Assembly (NCBI GenBank): GCA_963977015.1
Contig: CAXBMO010000003.1
Location: 128,001 to 192,000 of the forward strand
Direction: 5' to 3'
From: an uncultured bacterium
GTDB taxonomy: Bacteria; Verrucomicrobiota; Verrucomicrobiia; Verrucomicrobiales; DEV007
DNA length: 64,000 bases
Below the pieces are notes generated by a model. It did not search any database, was not told the origin of the DNA, and saw only the letters and a list, made by a program, of their open reading frames with translations. Position 1 is the first letter of the stretch, and each line of letters starts with the position of its first letter. Of this stretch, positions 1-7,530 are shown piece after piece. Made by a program: the position numbers and the translations under genes.

Positions 1-2094
1 TATGATCAGTTCATTATTGAGCAACTTGCGGGCGATGAGATCGACCATCCGACCATGGAGTCCATCGCGGCGACGGGATTCTTTCGACTCATGCAGTGGG
101 ATGATGAGCCCGCTGACCGCAAGCAGCATACGTATGACGTTCTCGCTGACAATGTGGCAATTACGACGGAGACGTTTCTGGGCTCGACGGTCGGGTGTGC
201 GCGCTGTCATGACCACAAGGCTGATCCTTTCACTCAAAAGGACTACTATTCCTTGATGGCTTTCCTTCATGGCGTGACCAGCTATGCCACGCAGGGCACC
301 ATGCGTGCCTGGGCTTCACCGGAGGAGTTGACGGCGTTTGAAGCCGAGAAGGAGAAAAAGGTGCAGCGCCTCCAGAGGGAGATCGAGACTGTTGAGGTTC
401 AATTGAAGGCGTATTTGTCCGAAAGAGGGCGACTGAATGCTTCGGAAACACCAAATTCGAAGACATTCGTCGAAGATGCCCGGGCCACACCGGCGACCTG
501 GGAATACACGTTTAAGCGACCAACGCAGGATTGGAAAGACGTCGGGTACCGGAACAAGAGTTGGTTCAAGGGGCAAGGCGGGTTTGGGCGTGGCGCTCCC
601 AATTCAAAAGTTACTTCGGAGTGGAAAAGTTCGGATATTTGGATGCGGACGTCGTTCGGTCTCAAGGTTCTCCCGGAGACGTTGGCCCTTGAGATTTACC
701 ACGATGAAGATGTCGAGGTCTACCTGAACGGCGTCGAGATTTTCAAGGCGACGGGTTATGTGACGGATTACCAGAACTTTTTGCTGGATCAAAGAGCACT
801 CGATGCTCTCCAAACCGGTCGAAACGTTCTTGCCGTGCATTGTCACCAAACCGCGGGCGGGCAATTCATCGATCTTGCGCTTCGGACGAGTCCGCAAAAA
901 GCGGGGAACTTGAACGAGGCGATTCGCCGGGGTGGGAAGAAGCTTGTCGAGGAGATCCAATCCGAGCTTGGGAGTGATCTGATCGGGGAACGCGCTCGAT
1001 TGACCAAAGAGGTCCATGACACGCGTCGTTCATCGACCGGCGTACAGTTGAACGCGGTTCAGGAGCATCCAAATGTTGCACCGCTTCATGTCCATCTTCG
1101 TGGCAGCGCGCATGTGCTCGGTGATCCTGTCGAACCGGCTTTCCCGGGAGTCTTGACAGGGAGCTTTGAGCCGACCACGGCGCAGATACAGCCCGGCTTT
1201 GCTACGGAAAGTTCGTCAGGCCGACGCCGGGCTTTGGCGGAGTGGATTGCTTCGCCTGACAATCCCTTAACGGCGCGAGTGATGGTAAATCGGATTTGGC
1301 AGCATCACTTCGGGCGCGGCATCGTGAAGAGTGCGAGCGATTTTGGTGAACTCGGCGAAGTCCCAACCCATCCGGAGTTGCTTGATTGGCTTGCGAGTGA
1401 GTTCGTGAAAAGAGATTGGAGCATCAAGGAGATGCACAAGCTCTTGATGACCAGTGACGCTTTTCTCAGGTCCTCTGCCCCGAATGATGCCGCTCAATAC
1501 AAGGACCCGACCAATAATCTCTTCTGGCGCGTCGATATGCGCCGGCTTACGGCGGAGGAGATTCGAGATTCCATTTTAAAAGTTTCCGGAAGCTTGAATC
1601 CAAAAATTGGTGGGCCCTGGGTCTATATTCCCCTTCCTGAAGAGGTGCTGGCGACTTCTTCGCGCCCCGGAGCGAACTGGCCGGTCACCAAGGGAGAGGA
1701 GGCGTTCCGTCGCAGTATTTACGTGCACGTGAAGCGCAGTCTTCGCGTGCCGATGCTGGTGGATCATGACCAGGCGGATACCGATGGTCATTGTGCAGTG
1801 CGTTTCTCCACCACGGTTCCGACTCAGGCCTTGGCGATGCTGAACAGCGAGTTTGTCAATTCTCAGGCGAAACGCTTTGCCCAACGCTGTCGGGAAAATG
1901 GGGCGGATCTTCAAGCGCAACTGAAGTTTGGGATGGAGTTGGCGACTCAGCGAGCGGTTACCCCGGAAGGGATTGAAAAGTTGGAAGCCATGAGCGAGAC
2001 GCTGATGAAGGATGCAGGTCTCAAACCCGAAGAAGCGTTCGAGCGTGTGGCTCTCCTGATCTTGAATTTAAACGAGTTTGTTTATCTGGATTAA
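1..2094 (+). CDS. DUF1549/DUF1553 (PSCyt2/PSD1) protein with inserted jelly-roll carbohydrate-binding-like domain; 5'-truncated by window edge
   Basis: Frame is open from base 1 (YDQFIIEQLAGDEI...ATGF). Motifs: CARCHDHK, RRALAEWIASPDNPLTARVMVNRIWQHHFGRG, PTHPELLDWLA, RRLTAEEIRDS, C-terminal NLNEFVYLD. Internal HDEDVEVYLNG...NVLAVHCHQT jelly-roll segment. Confidence 0.9.
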   Translation, partial: YDQFIIEQLAGDEIDHPTMESIAATGFFRLMQWDDEPADRKQHTYDVLADNVAITTETFLGSTVGCARCHDHKADPFTQKDYYSLMAFLHGVTSYATQGTMRAWASPEELTAFEAEKEKKVQRLQREIETVEVQLKAYLSERGRLNASETPNSKTFVEDARATPATWEYTFKRPTQDWKDVGYRNKSWFKGQGGFGRGAPNSKVTSEWKSSDIWMRTSFGLKVLPETLALEIYHDEDVEVYLNGVEIFKATGYVTDYQNFLLDQRALDALQTGRNVLAVHCHQTAGGQFIDLALRTSPQKAGNLNEAIRRGGKKLVEEIQSELGSDLIGERARLTKEVHDTRRSSTGVQLNAVQEHPNVAPLHVHLRGSAHVLGDPVEPAFPGVLTGSFEPTTAQIQPGFATESSSGRRRALAEWIASPDNPLTARVMVNRIWQHHFGRGIVKSASDFGELGEVPTHPELLDWLASEFVKRDWSIKEMHKLLMTSDAFLRSSAPNDAAQYKDPTNNLFWRVDMRRLTAEEIRDSILKVSGSLNPKIGGPWVYIPLPEEVLATSSRPGANWPVTKGEEAFRRSIYVHVKRSLRVPMLVDHDQADTDGHCAVRFSTTVPTQALAMLNSEFVNSQAKRFAQRCRENGADLQAQLKFGMELATQRAVTPEGIEKLEAMSETLMKDAGLKPEEAFERVALLILNLNEFVYLD

Positions 2095-2224
2095 TTTTGC
2101 TTCCTGACGACCTCTGACATGAAAGGCTTGCGCATTTCGTTCAACTAAGGGACGGGATAGGAGAGGAATTGGGAAAACGGTTAAGATTTCCGGATTTCCC
2201 AATCGCGCTAATAAGAAGGGATTG

Positions 2225-2230
2225 TATAAT
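2225..2230 (+). promoter_or_regulatory. Candidate sigma70 -10 element for malQ
   Basis: Perfect TATAAT about 20 nt upstream of ATG 2251; no clear -35. Confidence 0.4.
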
Positions 2231-2250
2231 CTCGAATCTTTTCCAAGTTG

Positions 2251-3990
2251 ATGTCTAACTCAGAGTCAGAGAATTCTCCCAGAGTCGCCGGCGTTTTGGT
2301 TCCGGTTTTTGCCATTCGCACTGAATCCGATCTGGGGATTGGCGATACGTCAGGGGTCAAGGAAATGGTCGATTGGCTCGCCAAGATCGGCATGAAATTT
2401 CTTCAGGTCTTGCCGATCAATGAAATGGCGGGCGACAACAGCCCTTACAATGCCATCAGCTCGGTCGCCATTGAACCCACGACCTTGGATGTTTCGCCGA
2501 AGAAGATCCCGGAACTGCGCGAGGAGGATTATAATCGAATTATTAAGGAAGTGGATCTGGCAGCGTTGCGGAGCGGTGCTGTAGATTATAAGAAAGTCAG
2601 GAGACTCAAGTCGGATTTACTCTGGAGCGCCTTTCACCAATTTCAGAACGATCCTGCCATTCGCGGATCAAAACGGGAAACTGAGTTCCTCGAGTTTTGT
2701 CAGAAGGAAAGTGGTTGGCTACAGGATTACTGCACGTTCCGGGTGTTCATGGACATGGAAGGCGGGAGTGAGAACTGGGAAACTTGGTCCGAGCGCTACA
2801 ACACGATCGACAAAGCTCGTGCGCACCTGCAAAAGCTGCTCTCCACCGCGCCAGACCAGGCGCGGATGCAGCAGGCCTACTATGCGTATGTCCAGTTTCT
2901 CGCACACAATCAGTGGGCTGATGTTGCCAGCTATGCCGCTGGCAAGGGAGTCCATCTCATGGGAGATGTTCCGTTTGGATTGAGCCGATGCAGTGCTGAC
3001 GTGTTCTCCGAGCCGCAGTGGTTTGATCTCGACTGGTGTGGCGGGGCGCCTCCGGAAACAAATTTTAAGGATGACGAATTTGTGGTTCGGTGGGGACAGA
3101 ATTGGGGAATCCCGAATTATCGTTGGGACAGGATGGCGGAGGACGGCTTCAAATGGTGGAAGCGACGGATCGCAAAGCTCTGCGAAACTTTCGACATCTT
3201 TAGGATCGACCATGTTCTGGGCTTCTATCGCATTTACAGTTTCCCATGGCGTCCCGAGCGAAATTCAGAGTTCCTTCACCTTGGCGAGGACGAAGTCAGA
3301 GCGAAAACGGGCGGACGGATGCCGGGATTCTTGCCTCGGCCGGACGATACGGACGAAAATCAGCGGATGAATCAAGAGGAGGGCGAGAAATACCTGTCCG
3401 CGATTGCGGAAGCGGCGGGTGATTCTGAAATTGTGGCTGAAGATCTTGGGATGGTTCCGCCTTACGTTCCGGGAAGCCTGAATGGTTTGGGCATGTCAGG
3501 AATGCGGGTGCCGATGTGGGAGACTCAGCCGGATGGAGAGTTCAATGTCGCCAATTCCTATACCTATTTGACCCTGGCCACCTATGCCACGCACGACCAT
3601 GAACCCATGAAGACGCAATGGGAGCGGCATCGTCAAATCATTCAAAACAGCCATCATCAGGATGAGGTGAACGCGGCGTGGTATCTGCTTCACCGGTTGG
3701 CCAGATTTGCGAAGTATCCGGAAGCTCAGGGGGATCCTGTCCCTCCCTACAGCGATGCCATTCGGGAGGCTCTTCTTCGTGAGCTTTTTGCGGCCTCGTC
3801 CAAGTATGCCGCGGTGATGATTACCGATCTCTTGGGGTTGGAGGACCGGTTCAATGTTCCGGGAACTTTAAGTGAAGGAAACTGGAGCCGACGGCTCGAA
3901 ATGACGGTTTCGGATTTGGATCGCGACCCTCGCTGGGCCAAGTTGGGGGACCAAATTCACGGGTTGCTGAAAGAGACCGGCCGGGCATAG
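2251..3990 (+). CDS. malQ: 4-alpha-glucanotransferase (amylomaltase, GH77)
   Basis: GIGD, QVLPIN, SPY, GDVP, GAPP, GQNWGIP; catalytic motifs RIDH, AEDLG, THD; FNVPGT...NWS. Confidence 0.93.
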   Translation: MSNSESENSPRVAGVLVPVFAIRTESDLGIGDTSGVKEMVDWLAKIGMKFLQVLPINEMAGDNSPYNAISSVAIEPTTLDVSPKKIPELREEDYNRIIKEVDLAALRSGAVDYKKVRRLKSDLLWSAFHQFQNDPAIRGSKRETEFLEFCQKESGWLQDYCTFRVFMDMEGGSENWETWSERYNTIDKARAHLQKLLSTAPDQARMQQAYYAYVQFLAHNQWADVASYAAGKGVHLMGDVPFGLSRCSADVFSEPQWFDLDWCGGAPPETNFKDDEFVVRWGQNWGIPNYRWDRMAEDGFKWWKRRIAKLCETFDIFRIDHVLGFYRIYSFPWRPERNSEFLHLGEDEVRAKTGGRMPGFLPRPDDTDENQRMNQEEGEKYLSAIAEAAGDSEIVAEDLGMVPPYVPGSLNGLGMSGMRVPMWETQPDGEFNVANSYTYLTLATYATHDHEPMKTQWERHRQIIQNSHHQDEVNAAWYLLHRLARFAKYPEAQGDPVPPYSDAIREALLRELFAASSKYAAVMITDLLGLEDRFNVPGTLSEGNWSRRLEMTVSDLDRDPRWAKLGDQIHGLLKETGRA

Positions 3991-4056
3991 CGAAAAGTCT
4001 GAAATCGGGTTTTGAATTTGGGTGATTTTCTGTGAGGGTCCGGAACAGAATTTATC

Positions 4057-5046
4057 ATGACGACCACTCAACCGATCAAAGTCGCTGTCACGGGAGCCGC
4101 AGGCCAAATTGGCTACTCTCTTCTTTTTCGTATTGCCTCCGGCGCCATGTTCGGACCGGCACAGCCTGTCAGTCTGCACCTCATTGAAATCGAGCCAGCC
4201 TTGCCTGCCTTGGAAGGTGTTGCCATGGAATTGGATGATTGCGCCTTCCCGCTTCTCCACGATGTGGTGCGCACCTCTGACCTGAATGTCGGCTTTGCCG
4301 GAGTCAATTGGGCGTTGTTGGTCGGTAGTGTGCCCCGGAAGCAGGGGATGGAGCGCAAGGATTTGCTCAACATCAACGGGAAAATTTTTACTGGTCAGGG
4401 CGAGGCGATTGCGGCAAACGCAGCCAGCGATGCTCGAGTGCTTGTCGTTGGGAATCCCTGCAATACCAACTGCCTGATTGCGATGAACAATGGCGGCGCC
4501 ATTCCAAAGGAGCGTTGGTTTGCGATGACCCGCTTGGACGAGAACCGGGCCAAGACCCAACTTGCTCAGAAGGCAGGCGTCCACGTCGATCAAGTCAGCA
4601 ACATGACGATCTGGGGGAACCATTCGGCAACCCAGTATCCGGACTTCTACAACGCGAAGATCAATGGACAAAGTGCCGCCACCGCCATTAACGACGAAGC
4701 TTGGCTGCAAGGTGAGTTCATTTCCACGGTTCAACAACGGGGTGCTGCGATTATCAAGGCACGCGGGTCATCTTCGGCAGCCTCAGCCGCAAACGGAATC
4801 GTTGACACTGTGGTCAGTTTGACAACTCCGACTCCACATGGCGATTGGACCAGCGTTTGCGTCTGTTCCGATGGAAGTTACGGCGTTGACGAGGGACTCA
4901 TTTCGTCCTTCCCCATCCGCACGCATGACGGGAAAAGCTGGGAAATCGTCAAGGACGTACCGCTGAATGAGTTCGGACAGCAGAAGCTGGATGCGACAGT
5001 TGCTGAGCTTCGTGAGGAAAGAAACGCGGTTTCTGACCTTCTCTAG
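4057..5046 (+). CDS. mdh: Malate dehydrogenase
   Basis: [62 protein letters not shown]. Confidence 0.97.
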   Translation: MTTTQPIKVAVTGAAGQIGYSLLFRIASGAMFGPAQPVSLHLIEIEPALPALEGVAMELDDCAFPLLHDVVRTSDLNVGFAGVNWALLVGSVPRKQGMERKDLLNINGKIFTGQGEAIAANAASDARVLVVGNPCNTNCLIAMNNGGAIPKERWFAMTRLDENRAKTQLAQKAGVHVDQVSNMTIWGNHSATQYPDFYNAKINGQSAATAINDEAWLQGEFISTVQQRGAAIIKARGSSSAASAANGIVDTVVSLTTPTPHGDWTSVCVCSDGSYGVDEGLISSFPIRTHDGKSWEIVKDVPLNEFGQQKLDATVAELREERNAVSDLL

Positions 5047-5067
5047 ACCGAAAAGCAGATTGCTTTC

Positions 5068-6120
5068 CTACTCGGATTCTTCGTCGTCCAGTTGATCGAG
5101 CGTCGTGAGGAGATCCAATGATCTCTGCAACGTCAGATCCTGTAGCGGAACGGTGTCAAATTTCGTGGTTTCGCCGCGGGAGCGTGTCAGATGGTAGTCG
5201 AGTTCCGGATCCGTTTCGTGAACAAGAGCTGCTTCGTTGATCCGCGGCCTTGCGGTCTCGAAGAGGTATCCCTGGATGGCTCCCGATTCGCTTGCGGCGA
5301 AGACTTTTCGTTTTGATTCGATATCCGGTGCGACATCAAAATCCGGTTGGACTCCTTGCTTGAAAAGCGAGGTGCCATCCGCGAGCAAGACCTCCGCGAC
5401 GGCGTATCGAAGCATCGTGTCTTCGCTGAGGGGAATGTAGTGATATTGAACCGTAAGTCCCTTCGTGGTTGCTCCGATCATGAAACAATCCCGGTTCGAG
5501 TCGATGCTCGCAGCGATAATTTCCCCGACGTTCGGAGTCTCCGGATCAATCAAGAGCAGGAGTTTCTCCCCCCTCCATCTTGTACTGGAAACTTGGGAAA
5601 AGAATAATTCCGGCCGAGTTTCCCCTGGATGCTGGATCTGGAAAAGCAGGGTGTTCGTCGGGACGAATCGATCCAGAATTCGCGCGGCAGCTTTGAATTG
5701 AGCCTCCGGAGCGGGAACGCGAAGATCGAGAATCAGGGTCTCGGCTCCAGCGTCTTCAAATTGAATCAGCGCTTGATCGAGCAATTCGACTTCATCTTCG
5801 CGATAGCTGGCAAAGCGCACATAACCAACGTCTTTGGTGATCGTCTCGCCCAAAAACCTGCCTTCTGTCCCTTTTTCTTCCTCCGAATGGTGTCGCGCCA
5901 CCAATTGAGCTCCATAAGACAATCGTCTCAGCAATCCTTCGAATGCGGCTTTGTTCAACTCATCATAGCTGAGAGCTTCCGGGCGAATGTAATCTCTCTT
6001 GAGAACGTGGAAGGCTTGTTGTAGGGCGTCCTGACTCAGTCCTTCAATTCGTTCATCTGCACAAAGCCATGGAGAACTTGTGAGGAACAAGGCGAGGGTG
6101 AGAGACCGTGTGAATCGCAT
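5068..6120 (-). CDS. Secreted S41 (tail-specific protease)-like protein, probably catalytically inactive
   Basis: Signal peptide; VGYVRF, LILDLR and GVQPD motifs of the CtpA/Prc fold, but the SASASE and GKG catalytic motifs are replaced. Confidence 0.75.
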   Translation of the reverse strand: MRFTRSLTLALFLTSSPWLCADERIEGLSQDALQQAFHVLKRDYIRPEALSYDELNKAAFEGLLRRLSYGAQLVARHHSEEEKGTEGRFLGETITKDVGYVRFASYREDEVELLDQALIQFEDAGAETLILDLRVPAPEAQFKAAARILDRFVPTNTLLFQIQHPGETRPELFFSQVSSTRWRGEKLLLLIDPETPNVGEIIAASIDSNRDCFMIGATTKGLTVQYHYIPLSEDTMLRYAVAEVLLADGTSLFKQGVQPDFDVAPDIESKRKVFAASESGAIQGYLFETARPRINEAALVHETDPELDYHLTRSRGETTKFDTVPLQDLTLQRSLDLLTTLDQLDDEESE

Positions 6121-6227
6121 CTAAGGAGTTTGCACCGAAACCCAGCAAACTGCCAGAGCCGTTTTTAGTTTGCGGAAATCTTAATATCGCGAAGAGAAAC
6201 GGAGTTCAGTCAGTCTAAAACGCGCCG

Positions 6228-6827
6228 GTGAAAATTCTGCCCCAACCCCATCGAGAGGAGAACAAGCCCACGAACCTCAAGCGGAGAAGATTTCTTCGCC
6301 AGGGAGTCTTTGTGGCTTCAGCGGCGGTTGCGGCGATCAATACAACAAGGATTGGGAATCATTTAAGGACCGACCGTTTTCGCCCATTGGTCGACGAAGC
6401 CGATTACGCGGCTTTTCTGGCGGGTCTGAATCTCCGTTACATCACGGCGCCGGAGGTCATCCGGCCTCATCGTAATGTCAGAAATGGCGTTGCGAACCGA
6501 TTGCCCCCGAAGTTGCTCTGGCGAAACCTTTCGAAGCCCCTTCGGGTGGTAGATGAGATTTGCACCCGGGCCGGGTATCGAATTGAACTGATCAACTCGG
6601 CATTTCGGACTCCCGCCTACAACGCAGAGTGTGTGGGAGCAGCGAAACGGTCCTATCACCTTCGGAATATGGCGATTGATGTCCGGTTCAATGCCGCGCC
6701 CCTGGAGGTGGCCAAGGTCGCGAAAGCCCTCCGCTCGGAGGGGGTTTTCAAAGGCGGGATTGGTGTTTACCCGTCGTTCATTCATCTCGACACACGTGGA
6801 AGGAAGGCGGATTGGGGAATTTCCTAA
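6228..6827 (+). CDS. Peptidase M15 / YcbK-like Zn D-Ala-D-Ala peptidase with Tat signal
   Basis: RRRFL twin-arginine motif; SAFR..AYN, SYH...AID and GGIGVY..FIHLDTRG Zn-ligand motifs. Confidence 0.85.
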   Translation: MKILPQPHREENKPTNLKRRRFLRQGVFVASAAVAAINTTRIGNHLRTDRFRPLVDEADYAAFLAGLNLRYITAPEVIRPHRNVRNGVANRLPPKLLWRNLSKPLRVVDEICTRAGYRIELINSAFRTPAYNAECVGAAKRSYHLRNMAIDVRFNAAPLEVAKVAKALRSEGVFKGGIGVYPSFIHLDTRGRKADWGIS

Positions 6828-6921
6828 CGGACCACTCTCTATTGACGTTGCGGATCATCAATGCTCGTGTTGAGGCGGGCCCAGCATTGGGTGGCGGCCT
6901 AGAAACACTCCTGATTTAACC

Positions 6922-7530
6922 ATGCGCATCGAGCTTGAACCGGCTCAGCGGCTTCTTCTTTGGCGATTGATCGCGGAGGGGGGCCTCTGTTGGCAGAAGC
7001 ATCTTCATCCCGCCCCGCGGCCATCTCTTCGCGGGCCCTTGGAGTCGGCAAGACTGATCCGGGTTTCGTCTCAAGGTCGGGAAGGAAACCGCATTGAGGT
7101 GACCGACCGTGGTTGGGCGTGGGCGGAGGAGAATTTCGGCGGAGAATTTTCCGCAGGAGGACCAATGATGGCAGAAACGTTGCAGCTGGTCCTGGAGGCG
7201 ATGGGAGACTGCCTTCGCAACCGGGACATCGCACTGTTTGAGGTGTTTGGGGCGGAACGTGGTATTGAAGAATCCATCAAACGTGCTTACAAGGAGCTGA
7301 GCAAAGGAAAGCGCAGTGTTCGCGTCAGGTTGTCAGAACTTCGGGAATTCCTGAAGCGACCAAAAGATGTCGTTGATAGTGCGCTTGGTAAAATGATGCA
7401 GAGTAAGCAACTCACTCTTTTTCGTCTGGATGATCCCAAAGAGGTGAAAGCCGCCGACCGCGAAGCTGCCTACCGAACGCCTTCAGGGACGGAACTGCAT
7501 CTGGTTTACCTGGGAGGTGCTCCCTCATGA
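6922..7530 (+). CDS. Hypothetical protein, probably two winged-helix-like domains; coupled to downstream ATPase
   Basis: 202 aa. L..ARLI...IEVTDRGW wing motif; second IKRAY..L...VRLSELRE.L....VDSAL module. ATGA overlap with the next gene. Confidence 0.7.
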   Translation: MRIELEPAQRLLLWRLIAEGGLCWQKHLHPAPRPSLRGPLESARLIRVSSQGREGNRIEVTDRGWAWAEENFGGEFSAGGPMMAETLQLVLEAMGDCLRNRDIALFEVFGAERGIEESIKRAYKELSKGKRSVRVRLSELREFLKRPKDVVDSALGKMMQSKQLTLFRLDDPKEVKAADREAAYRTPSGTELHLVYLGGAPS

